This document shows, one piece after another, positions 18,145 to 27,600 of a stretch of DNA of 64,000 nucleotides. The position numbers were made by a program, and so were the translations under genes. The DNA comes from an uncultured Acidiphilium sp. (GTDB lineage Bacteria > Bacillota > Clostridia > Christensenellales > Borkfalkiaceae). The first letter of the stretch is position 1. Every line of letters begins with the position of its first letter. The DNA lies in the NCBI GenBank assembly GCA_964532155.1, contig CAZHGN010000001.1, positions 20,825-84,824 on the forward strand. The letters run 5' to 3'. The notes beneath the pieces are model-generated. The model was not told the origin of the DNA, searched no databases, and saw nothing but the letters and a program-made list of their open reading frames with translations.

Positions 18145-19398
18145 ATGATCAATATACCAAAGGGCACAAAGGACGTTTTGCCGTCCGAATCGTATAAATG
18201 GCACTTCGTCGAAAAAAAGCTTAAAGAAACGGCGGGGCTTTTCGGGTTAAAGGAAATAAGAACGCCGACTTTTGAGCATACCGAATTATTTTTGCGCGGA
18301 GTGGGAGACACAACCGACGTCGTTAATAAGGAAATGTATACTTTTAACGATAAAGCGGGAAGAAGTATTACCCTTAAATGCGAGGGGACTGCGGGCGTGG
18401 CTCGTTCGTTTATAGAAAACGGATTATATAATAACGCTCTTCCTCAAAAGGCTTATTACGTCACGCCGGTTTTCCGTTATGAAAGACCGCAAGCCGGAAG
18501 ACTTCGCGAACATCATCAGTTCGGCGTTGAATATTACGGCGCAAAGGGCGCGGAAGCCGATGCGGAAGTCATTTTAATAGCTTACTCCGTGCTGAATAAT
18601 TTAGGACTGGGCGTTAAACTTAATATAAATTCCATAGGTTGCCCGTCTTGTCGTAAAAAATATAACGAAACGCTGAAAAAATATCTTGGTGAACACCTCG
18701 ACGATATGTGCCCGGTGTGCCGCGATAGGTTTGAACGCAATCCGCTAAGAATTCTCGATTGTAAAGAGGATAAGTGCCGTGAAATATGCGCCGACGCGCC
18801 CGAAATTCTCGATTATTTGTGTGACGAGTGCAACGAGCATTTTGACCTTTTAAAGGCGTATCTCGATTCGGTCGGGCTTGAATATACCGTCAATCCGAGA
18901 ATCGTTCGCGGACTCGATTATTATACTCGTACAGTTTTTGAATTTGTTACGACAGATCTCGGTTCGCAAGGCACGGTGTGCGGCGGCGGTAGATACGATT
19001 CGCTTGTTTCGCAGTTAGGCGGGCCCGAGGTTCCTTGCGTTGGATTCGGAATGGGACTCGAACGCCTTTTAATGCTTATGGAAGCCAAGGGCGTTGCTTT
19101 TGAAAACGATTCTTATACCGATCTTTACGTTGCGAATATAGGCGAAAACGCCGCTCGCTTTGCGTTTACGATTTGTAACGGATTAAGGGCTTTGGGTGTT
19201 CGCACCGAATGCGACCTTATGGGGCGCGGAGTTAAAGCGCAGTTTAAATATGCCGACAAAATCGGTGCTAAGTACGTCGTGACGATAGGCGACGGAGAGC
19301 TTGAAAGCGGAGTCGTTAAAGTGAAGTGCATGGCGGACGGTTCGTGCGTAGATTGCAAACTTTGCGCCGAAGAAATTGCAGCCGTCGTTAATGGCTGA
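18145..19398 (+). CDS. hisS: Histidine--tRNA ligase
   Basis: Class II motifs are FRYERPQAGRLREHHQFG and GGGRYD. A C-terminal anticodon-binding domain is present. Confidence 0.93.
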   Translation: MINIPKGTKDVLPSESYKWHFVEKKLKETAGLFGLKEIRTPTFEHTELFLRGVGDTTDVVNKEMYTFNDKAGRSITLKCEGTAGVARSFIENGLYNNALPQKAYYVTPVFRYERPQAGRLREHHQFGVEYYGAKGAEADAEVILIAYSVLNNLGLGVKLNINSIGCPSCRKKYNETLKKYLGEHLDDMCPVCRDRFERNPLRILDCKEDKCREICADAPEILDYLCDECNEHFDLLKAYLDSVGLEYTVNPRIVRGLDYYTRTVFEFVTTDLGSQGTVCGGGRYDSLVSQLGGPEVPCVGFGMGLERLLMLMEAKGVAFENDSYTDLYVANIGENAARFAFTICNGLRALGVRTECDLMGRGVKAQFKYADKIGAKYVVTIGDGELESGVVKVKCMADGSCVDCKLCAEEIAAVVNG

Positions 19399-19433
19399 TC
19401 GGGTTACGCGCTTAATTATTATACGATAATATT

Positions 19434-19871
19434 ATGAAAGCTGTAGTTCAAAGGGTAAATAAAGCCGTGCTTTATTGCGACGGTTCGCTTATTTCAGAAA
19501 TTGCGGACGGGCTCGTCGTTTATTTTGGCGTTGCGCGCGGCGACGATGATAAAAAAGCTGATTATTTAGCTAAAAAAATTGCTAATCTAAGGATTTTTAG
19601 CGACGATGCGGGCAAAATGAATTTATCGGCTTTGGATCTTAACCGCTCGATACTCGTCGTTTCGCAGTTTACGTTGCTTGCCGACGTTTCGCATGGCAAT
19701 CGACCGAGTTTTATAAACGCTGAACTTCCCGAGGTTGCCGATAATCTATACGATTATTTTTGTAACGGCTTGGCAGCGTACGGTTTAACCGTAAAAAAGG
19801 GAGTTTTCGGTGGCGATATGACTATCGACCAACAAAATTGCGGACCGGTTACGATTATTTACGAAGTTTAA
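19434..19871 (+). CDS. dtd: D-aminoacyl-tRNA deacylase
   Basis: 145 aa with MKAVVQRV..., SQFTLLAD and GNRPSF motifs. Confidence 0.93.
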   Translation: MKAVVQRVNKAVLYCDGSLISEIADGLVVYFGVARGDDDKKADYLAKKIANLRIFSDDAGKMNLSALDLNRSILVVSQFTLLADVSHGNRPSFINAELPEVADNLYDYFCNGLAAYGLTVKKGVFGGDMTIDQQNCGPVTIIYEV

Positions 19872-19892
19872 TCTATTAATTGCATTTCTTCA

Positions 19893-19942
19893 TTCAAACG
19901 GCGAAGGGTTTTTAATCTCTTCGCCGTTTGAATATTTTTTTT
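19893..19942 (+). terminator. Rho-independent terminator after dtd
   Basis: Perfect 14-bp stem TTCAAACGGCGAAG / CTTCGCCGTTTGAA (19893-19906 and 19919-19932) followed by TATTTTTTTT. Confidence 0.75.
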
Positions 19943-19958
19943 ATAAAACGGCATAATA
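19930..19958 (+). promoter_or_regulatory. Forespore (sigma-G type) promoter candidate for the spoVA operon
   Basis: GAATA (19930-19934), a 17-nt spacer, then CATAATA (19952-19958). This fits the recalled sigma-G consensus GHATR-N17/18-CATNNTA. spoVA is sigma-G dependent in B. subtilis. Confidence 0.45.
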
Positions 19959-20061
19959 CGAGTATGAAAAAAAGATCGGATATTGCACCGTACGAGCCGT
20001 TGCGACGTATTGACGAGCGCGAAAGTTTTATTCCTAAAGAGGTAAGCGAGGAAAGAAGAAA

Positions 20062-20517
20062 ATGACTAAAAATCGTATTATGACGAGCAACGCTTATTTG
20101 AAATACGTTGCCGAAATAACGCCGAAATCTAACGAAAAACGCAGTTTGCTGAATGCGTTTTTGGTGGGCGGCTTCATATGTATTATAGGTCAATTCATAA
20201 GATACGCTATGATTTTGCTTTTTGACCTAAGCGGAGACGAACTTGCTATGGCTACGTCCGTCGTGCTGATTTTTTGCGGCGTGCTTCTTACCGGCGTTGG
20301 CGTTTACGATAATATCGGTAAGCACGCAGGAGGCGGCTCGATCGTGCCTATAACGGGGTTTGCTAATTCGGTTGCTTCGCCTGCAATGGAATTTGCGCGT
20401 GAAGGCGTAATATACGGTATGGCGGCTAAAATGTTCGTCGTGGCTGGTCCGATTATCGTTTTCGGCGTGAGCGGAAGCGTTGCGGTCGGATTGATTTATT
20501 ATATTTTCGGGTTATAA
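20062..20517 (+). CDS. spoVAC: Stage V sporulation protein AC
   Basis: 151-aa 4-TM protein with LVGGFICIIGQ and GGGSIVPITGFANS. It is the first gene of a spoVAC-AD-AE triplet. Confidence 0.85.
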   Translation: MTKNRIMTSNAYLKYVAEITPKSNEKRSLLNAFLVGGFICIIGQFIRYAMILLFDLSGDELAMATSVVLIFCGVLLTGVGVYDNIGKHAGGGSIVPITGFANSVASPAMEFAREGVIYGMAAKMFVVAGPIIVFGVSGSVAVGLIYYIFGL

Positions 20518-20518
20518 A

Positions 20519-21508
20519 ATGAGCAGATTATTGATTTTTAAAAACAAGCCGTCGATTATTTCATCGCATACGGTTTGTGGCCCAAAGGAAGCAGACGGCG
20601 AACTCGGCGAATACGTGGACGAGTTCATTGCCGACGATTACGCCGACCAACGCTCGTTTGAGCTTGCCGAGCGTAAAATGCTCGTTCGAGTCGTTGAAAA
20701 AGCGGTTAAAAAAGGCGGAGTTAAGGAAGACGAAATAGGTGCTTTTATCGGCGGTGATTTGCTAAATCAAATAATAACGTCGTCTTTTGCTGCGCGTGAA
20801 TTCGTATTTCCGTTTTTAGGCGTTTACAACGCCTGTGCGACGATGGCTGAAAGTATGATAGTCGGTGCAGTTTTGACCGACGGCGGTTATGCGAATAACG
20901 TCGTTTGTGCAACCGGTAGTCATTTTTCGACCGCTGAACGGCAGTATAGATATCCTCTTGAACAAGGGACGACAAGACCGGCTCAATCGCAGTGGACGGT
21001 AACTGGCGCGGGCGCGAATGTTATATCGCGACGAAAGGGCGAAGTTAAGATTTTTTCGGCAATGCTCGGGCGAGTGGTTGATTACGGTGTTTCGGATGCT
21101 AATAACATGGGAGCGGCAATGGCGCCTGCCGCCGCCGATACTTTACTTGATTTTTTTAATACGTCTAAAACTAAGCCGAGTAGTTACGATTTGATAGTTA
21201 CGGGCGACCTCGGGCTTTTGGGCTCGAGAATACTAAAAGATTTAGTCAAGAAAAGGGGATTGAATATAGATAAAAATCACGTCGATTGCGGGGAGCTTAT
21301 ATATAACGCCGACGAAAGAGAATATCAGGGCGGTAGTGGCGCAGGTTGTTCCGCCGTGGTCTTTAATTCTTATATTTACAAAAGAATGGTAGAGGGGCTT
21401 TATAAGAGGGTGCTTCTCGTAACGACAGGGGCGCTTTTGTCCACGACTTCTACGCAGCAGGGTGATACAATCCCCGGTATTGCGCATCTCATAGAGGTGG
21501 GAATATAA
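20519..21508 (+). CDS. spoVAD: Stage V sporulation protein AD (thiolase-like fold)
   Basis: 329 aa, starting 1 nt after spoVAC. Thiolase-like GVYNACAT and GGSGAGCSA segments are present. Confidence 0.85.
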   Translation: MSRLLIFKNKPSIISSHTVCGPKEADGELGEYVDEFIADDYADQRSFELAERKMLVRVVEKAVKKGGVKEDEIGAFIGGDLLNQIITSSFAAREFVFPFLGVYNACATMAESMIVGAVLTDGGYANNVVCATGSHFSTAERQYRYPLEQGTTRPAQSQWTVTGAGANVISRRKGEVKIFSAMLGRVVDYGVSDANNMGAAMAPAAADTLLDFFNTSKTKPSSYDLIVTGDLGLLGSRILKDLVKKRGLNIDKNHVDCGELIYNADEREYQGGSGAGCSAVVFNSYIYKRMVEGLYKRVLLVTTGALLSTTSTQQGDTIPGIAHLIEVGI

Positions 21509-21521
21509 AAAGATTTTACAT

Positions 21522-21893
21522 ATGACCGAAATCGTTTTAACTTATATAAAAGCATTTTGTGTCGGCGGCGGTATATGCGTAGCCGCTCAGTTGCTTATTA
21601 ATTACACTAAAATCACAGCGGGGAAAATACTCGTCTATTTTATGCTCGCAGGACTATTACTGCAAGCATTCGGATTATACGAACATATCGTAGATTTTGC
21701 TCAAAGCGGAGCGACCGTGCCTATTTGCGGCTTTGGTTATTTGTTAGCAAGCGGGGCGATAAAAGGGGCGAGGGAAGGTTTGTTCGGTGCACTGACCGGT
21801 GGTATGAAAGCCGCCTCGGCAGGAATCACTGCCGCCGTTGTTTTTAGCTTTTTATGTGCTTTAATTTTTAAACCGTCCAGTAAAAAGAATTAA
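21522..21893 (+). CDS. spoVAE: Stage V sporulation protein AE (AEB)
   Basis: 123-aa membrane protein paralogous to SpoVAC (VGGGICVAAQ, VPICGFGYLLASG). It is the third gene of the operon. Confidence 0.8.
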   Translation: MTEIVLTYIKAFCVGGGICVAAQLLINYTKITAGKILVYFMLAGLLLQAFGLYEHIVDFAQSGATVPICGFGYLLASGAIKGAREGLFGALTGGMKAASAGITAAVVFSFLCALIFKPSSKKN

Positions 21894-21946
21894 AAAAGAT
21901 TATTGTAAGTTTAGTGCAAAACAAAATTATGCCTACCATAAAAAGC

Positions 21947-21977
21947 AAAAAAATCGTCGATAATAACGACGATTTTT
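21947..21977. terminator. Bidirectional terminator between spoVAE (+) and the DUF4130-like gene (-)
   Basis: AAAAATCGTCG-ATAATAA-CGACGATTTTT, with an A-run upstream and a T-run downstream. Confidence 0.6.
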
Positions 21978-22007
21978 AACATTATTACATTTTATAAACA
22001 ATTTCGA

Positions 22008-22700
22008 TTATGATGCGTTTTTTGATAAGTTCTCTGAAATTTTTAATGAAAATATAATAGATTGCGTTCGCTCGGTTTCAAGCGAAGAAGGCTTATTTTC
22101 GGCAGACGTGCAGCAACTGTTTTTGACCTTTATAGTACGCCTTTCCAAGCCGTTAAAGCAAACGGCGATTTTTCTTTTGGAGTCGATTATCATAAAAGGG
22201 TGACCGTTAAATTTTTGAACGAAGTACGCCGCGATAAGTTCGAGTACGTCGTCATCGGGGTTGACGCTTGCGACGTAAAAGCCTTTTCTAAGAGTGAACT
22301 TAATCGATTTTTTTACTCTGTTTGCTTCGTCGGAAACCGTTTTAACTAATTCGTAAAAAAGGTTTGCCTCCGGGCAAGTAAAGTCGAGACTTATATTTTC
22401 CCTTCGCTCGATCGTTTTTTTGATGAAAGAAAAAATTATCGAATGTTTGCGTGAAGAGCCGCTTTTGAATGCATAATATACGTCGTGCAAAACGCCTTCG
22501 CCGGTATAGCCAACGAATAGCGAGATAATTTTTTTAACTCCAATTTCGTCCGTTGCGATTTTTTTGACCTCGTCGTAAATCACCGTTTCATAAGAGGGTT
22601 CTTCTTGTGTTAGGTAGATAGGGGATTCGTTAGACGATAAAGCGCGGTAAACGCAAGTGAATATTCCGTTCATCGTTCCGTCGAATTTATAAACAGTCAT
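22008..22700 (-). CDS. DUF4130 / TIGR03915-type putative DNA-metabolism protein (uracil-DNA-glycosylase-associated family)
   Basis: 230 aa. The N-terminal VYKFDGTMNGIFTCVY and C-terminal FYVASVNPDDDVLELIAAYFVQKFNGHPFMIIDSKRKIAV fit the family pattern as I recall it. Confidence 0.5.
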   Translation of the reverse strand: MTVYKFDGTMNGIFTCVYRALSSNESPIYLTQEEPSYETVIYDEVKKIATDEIGVKKIISLFVGYTGEGVLHDVYYAFKSGSSRKHSIIFSFIKKTIERRENISLDFTCPEANLFYELVKTVSDEANRVKKSIKFTLRKGFYVASVNPDDDVLELIAAYFVQKFNGHPFMIIDSKRKIAVCFNGLERRTIKVKNSCCTSAENKPSSLETERTQSIIFSLKISENLSKNAS

Positions 22701-22884
22701 GCGGCACCTCTTTAGTTTAGACTTAAGATTAGTCGTAAGTAAACGTCTTTTTCTTTACGTTCAACATTATACTACTTAAAAACACGGCTGTCAAACATAT
22801 GTTCGCATTTCTTAAAAAATTTCTTTTTTTAAATAATTTTTTTATTCCTTTGCCTATAAAACTTGTATATGCGGTTAATTTTTC

Positions 22885-22913
22885 TTGAAAAAAAATTATA
22901 AAAATGTTATTAT
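22885..22913 (+). promoter_or_regulatory. Candidate sigma-A promoter upstream of plsX
   Basis: TTGAAA (22885-22890), a 17-nt spacer, then TATTAT (22908-22913) with an extended TGT. The context is AT-rich. Confidence 0.4.
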
Positions 22914-22977
22914 AAACCTTGAAGTCATTTCCTTATTATATAGGCGAGCCCCCAAACGGCTCGAAAAAGGTGTTTAA

Positions 22978-23997
22978 ATGTATAAGATCGTTGTCGATTG
23001 CTTCGGCGGTGACAATTCTCCCCGTGCTAATATTAGCGGCGCTTTGGCTGCTTTAGTCGAAAATGCTTCCTTTTCGCTAATACTCGTTGGCGATGAAAAG
23101 GTTATATCGTCAGAACTTAAGACAAATCCAAGTTATTCAAGTTTATCCGACCGCATCGAAATAGTGGATGCTCCCGACGTAATTACTTGCGAAGACATTC
23201 CTACCGATGCGATAAAAACCAAGCCGGATTCTTCAATGGTTCGTTCTTTCACAGTTCTTAGGGGAAAAGGGGACGCGATGGTTTCGCTCGGAAGTACCGG
23301 TGCGCTGTTGGTCGGAACGGTATTAAAAATCGGGCGTGTAAAGGGTGTTTCTCGCCCTGCGCTTTCTCCTGTTTTGCCGACTGTGAATGGAGGTAACGTT
23401 CTGTTGGTAGACGCCGGCGCAAACGCCGATTGCAAGGACGTTAACCTTTTACATTTTGCGCTCATGGGCAGTGTGTATATGAATTCCGTTATGGGAGTCG
23501 AAAAACCGCGCGTTGCTCTTCTTTCGAACGGAACTGAAGACGTCAAAGGCAACGAGTTGACCAAGACCGTTCACCAAATCTTAAAAAAATCCTCGGGATT
23601 AAATTTCATTGGCAATATAGAAGCGAGGGATATTTTATCCGGCGTATGCGACGTAGTTGTGACGGACGGTTTTTCGGGAAATATTGCATTAAAGAGCATG
23701 GAAGGGGTTGCCGACGCCGTTTTCGGGAAGCTTAAAGAAGAAATAAACCGTTCTTTTATATCTAAAATCGGCGCTCTTCTTATGAAAAAATCGTTGAGGG
23801 CGGTAAAAAACACACTCGATTACAATAAAAAAGGCGGCGCAGTGTTCCTTGGTGCAAACAAGGTTATTATTAAATCGCACGGTTCATCCAAAGATACTGC
23901 CGTTAAAGCTGCAGTTTTGCAAGCGGTTGCCGCTTGCGAGCGTAACTTGACGGAAGGCATTGCGAAAGCGGTTGCCGAAAACGTCATAGCGGAGTAG
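22978..23997 (+). CDS. plsX: Phosphate acyltransferase PlsX
   Basis: 339 aa with VDCFGGDNSP, VDAGANADC and KSHGSS motifs. Confidence 0.93.
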   Translation: MYKIVVDCFGGDNSPRANISGALAALVENASFSLILVGDEKVISSELKTNPSYSSLSDRIEIVDAPDVITCEDIPTDAIKTKPDSSMVRSFTVLRGKGDAMVSLGSTGALLVGTVLKIGRVKGVSRPALSPVLPTVNGGNVLLVDAGANADCKDVNLLHFALMGSVYMNSVMGVEKPRVALLSNGTEDVKGNELTKTVHQILKKSSGLNFIGNIEARDILSGVCDVVVTDGFSGNIALKSMEGVADAVFGKLKEEINRSFISKIGALLMKKSLRAVKNTLDYNKKGGAVFLGANKVIIKSHGSSKDTAVKAAVLQAVAACERNLTEGIAKAVAENVIAE

Positions 23998-24000
23998 GTT

Positions 24001-24687
24001 ATGCAAGAAAGCGTTGGATTCGTCGAAGAACGGATAGGCTACGTATTTAAAAACAAGGACCTTTTAAAAGTTGCGCTAACTCATTCTTCGTATTCAAACG
24101 AACACAGGGCGAAAAACAACGAAAGGCTCGAATTTTTAGGCGACTCTGTATTGGGGTTTATTGTTTCGGAAAAACTCTTTCGTGCCTCTACCGAGCAAAG
24201 CGCTGGCGTTATGACTTCGCAAAAGCAAAGGCTCGTTTCGACCGTGCCGTTATCTAGTGCGATAAAGCGCATCGGGATAGGCGATAGGTTGCTCGTCGGA
24301 GAAAGTTTGCACGGGAAAGAGTTGCCCGATTCAGTTCTTGAAAATCTATTCGAGGCAATAGTTGCGGCGATTTATCTGGACGGAGGAATCGAACCTTGCG
24401 AACGTTTTATAACCGATAATCTTTTGGGGGCTAACTCATTAGGTGAAAATAAGAGCGACGAGGTGTGCGACTATAAAAGCGAATTGCAGACGTACACTCA
24501 GGGCATAAAGGCGGGAACGCCGAAGTATACTTGCGTTTCCAAGAGCGGACCGGATCATATGCCGACTTTCGTTTACGAAGTCGAAGTCGCGGGGGTCAAG
24601 GCTATAGGCGAAGGCAAGAACAAATCGGAAGCGTCGCAGACGGCGGCGTGTAGGGCATTAAAAATAATCAGAGGCGGGAATAGTTAA
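24001..24687 (+). CDS. rnc: Ribonuclease III
   Basis: RNase III signature ERLEFLGDSVL and a C-terminal dsRBD (KSELQTY...GEGKNKSEASQTAA). Confidence 0.93.
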   Translation: MQESVGFVEERIGYVFKNKDLLKVALTHSSYSNEHRAKNNERLEFLGDSVLGFIVSEKLFRASTEQSAGVMTSQKQRLVSTVPLSSAIKRIGIGDRLLVGESLHGKELPDSVLENLFEAIVAAIYLDGGIEPCERFITDNLLGANSLGENKSDEVCDYKSELQTYTQGIKAGTPKYTCVSKSGPDHMPTFVYEVEVAGVKAIGEGKNKSEASQTAACRALKIIRGGNS

Positions 24688-24689
24688 AA

Positions 24690-27600
24690 GTGGACTTTAC
24701 CAAAATCGAACTTATCGGCTTTAAAAGTTTTGCCGATAAACAAGAAATATTATTTAACGACGGTATTACCGCAATAGTCGGACCTAACGGTTGCGGAAAA
24801 AGCAATATTGCGGACGCTATACGCTGGGTTCTTGGCGAGCAGTCGGCGAAATCCCTTCGCGGATCGTCGATGCAGGACGTAATTTTTAACGGCACGCAGG
24901 ACAGAAAATCACTTTCTTACTGCGAAGTTTCGTTATATTTCGATAATACCAATAAAATTTTCCCCAGCCTCGATTATACCGAGGTTTGTATGTCGCGTAA
25001 GCTTTTCCGTAGCGGTGAAAGCGAATACTCTCTTAATAAAAAGCCTTGCAGAATGAAGGATATCGTCGAGCTTTTGCACGAGTGCGGCGTAAGTAAGGGT
25101 GGCTACTCTATAATCGGTCAGGGTAAAATTGCCGAAATTATGAACTCCAAGCCGGAGGATCGCCGCGTTATATTCGAAGAGGCGGTAGGTATCGCTTCGT
25201 CTAAACAGAAAAAAATCGAAAACGAGCGTAAGCTAGAAAAAACGCGCGAGAATATTATCCGTATAATCGATTTGTCGAGCGAGCTTGAAAAAGACCTCGG
25301 GCCGATGGAGCAAAAAGCCGAGAAAACGCGCGAGTATTTAAAGCTTACGTCCGAGTTTAGGTATCACGAGATAAACTCATATCTTTACAAAGCCGAAAAT
25401 TCACACGTCGTAAAGGAAAAAATAGATTTAAGAATTGCGGGGCTCGAAGAAGAACAGCGGTCACGCCAAGACGATTATTTAAAAACTCAAAGTTCGTACG
25501 AATCGCATAGGGCTGAAATATCCGAAATCGACTTAAAAATAAGCGATATTGCCGAGCGTATTTTGAACTTGAGCGTCGGTATGGAAAAACAATCCGGTAT
25601 TTCTACGCTGTATAACGAAAGAATATCCAATTTATTGGCGCAAATCAAAGAACTCGAAGACGACTGCACCGCACGCCGTGATAGAATTCGCACCATAGAT
25701 AAAAACGTTGTGGAGAAAAACGAGTTTATCGAAAAAAGCAAGAATGAATTGGCGCTCGTTGAAAAGCGCATTGCCGAAATATCGAACGAGCTCGATAAGG
25801 TAATTCGACTTTTGAGCGAGGGTGAAACGATGGCGCAAGACGCGCAAAATAAGGTTTTGCAGTCGGTCGAATCGCTTGCCGGTATAAAAATGAATATGGG
25901 CGCCCTTTCGGGTGAGCGCTCCGTTATTACAGCACAACAAAAAGAAGTTCTCGAAAAAATTCAGGCGCTTGCCGAAAAGCGCAGGCGCGTTGCAAGTGAG
26001 AAAGAAACTTGTTCGCTTTCGGTCGAACAACTTATAAAAGACGTTGCAAAACTGAAAAGCGATATCGAAGACGAGGAGTCCGCGGTAAAATCCACAAACG
26101 ATTTTATTGCCGAAATCAGCAATAGAATCAGCGCTATTAATTCCGAAATTGCCTCGCTCAATGCGAAAAAGAACGTATATAAAGGCTTGATCGAGTCGTT
26201 TAACGGTTATCCCGATTCCATTAGAGGACTTATGAACGCGGCGAAAAATAATCCCGCGCTCAGCTCGAGAATAAAAGGCATGGTTGCATCCGTTTTAAAA
26301 ACGGAGCCTAAATACGAAGTCGCGATATCTACCGTTTTGGGTGGGGCGATGAATAACGTAATCACCGATAATCCCGACGACGCGCAATATCTTATCGATT
26401 ATCTTAAGCGTAACGGAGGCGGTCGCATAACCTTTTTGCCGGTTACTTCGATGAAGCCGAGGTATGACAGTGCCGAGATAACGAGCGCGCTTAAAGAAAC
26501 GGGCGCTTGCGGACTTGCTTCGAACGTTGTCAGATACGACGGATATTACGACAACGTCGTTCGTTTCCTTCTCGGAAACACCTTGATTTGCGATGATATT
26601 AAAAACGCGGTTGCAATTGCAAAAAGGCATCGTTTTGCCTTTAAAATCGTAACGCTCGACGGCGACGTCGTTAATCCGTCCGGCTCTATGACGGGCGGCT
26701 CGAGAAGGCAGGAGAGTTCTAACCTTTTATCTACCGAAAGAATACTTGAGCAGGTTGAAAAGGAATTGTCGGCTAAAACCGCGCAGTTGAACTCCCTTAT
26801 TACCAATAAGGAGCAATCGCTCTCGCAAGTAAACGAAATGGTCGACGATTTAAACGCTAAGGAAGACAGTTTGAACGAAAAACGTCAAGCATTGGCGTCT
26901 TTAAAGGAAAAAGTTTCACTTTTAGAGCAGAGTCTTAGCGAGGTCGATGCCGAAATATCGGCTAACGATCAATCCGTAAAGCAAATAACGGACAGGCTCG
27001 ACGAAATTACCAGAGCGTATACCGATATTAATATCGACAACGAAAAATTAAACGAAGCGAGAGAAAGCGCTTCGTCTGACGCGTTAAAGCATCAGTCGTT
27101 TTACGGTGAACTGCGTGAAAAGCGCGAACTGCTCATCTCCGAAAACACCGAGCTTCAAACCAAAAGCGCGCGTATTAAGGCTGAAATCGAGAATACGACC
27201 GATGAAATTGCTCGCTTAAACGACGAGCGTGCAGAGTCGGTTAAGACTGTCGAACAGAATAAGATTCGTATATCCGAAAGCGAAGCCGCGGTTGAGTATA
27301 ACAAACGCGAGGTCGAAAAAATAGCCCTTAGCACCGAAGAACGTAGCGGACTTAACAATCTGCGCGCCGAGAGTGATGCTATGAAAGCGCGCAAAGAAAA
27401 ACTTAACATGTTAATTGCGCAAGAAGATCTTAAAAAACAAGCGTTGTCGTCCGAAATATCTCATATCGTTGCTAAAATCAACGAGGAGAAAATGGAAAGA
27501 ACGCGCGTTGACAGCGAGCTCGAATTCTTGCAAAAGCATATCGAGGAAGAGTACGGCTTAACGTACGAAACGTGCATACAGGAAAAAGATCCCGAGTATA

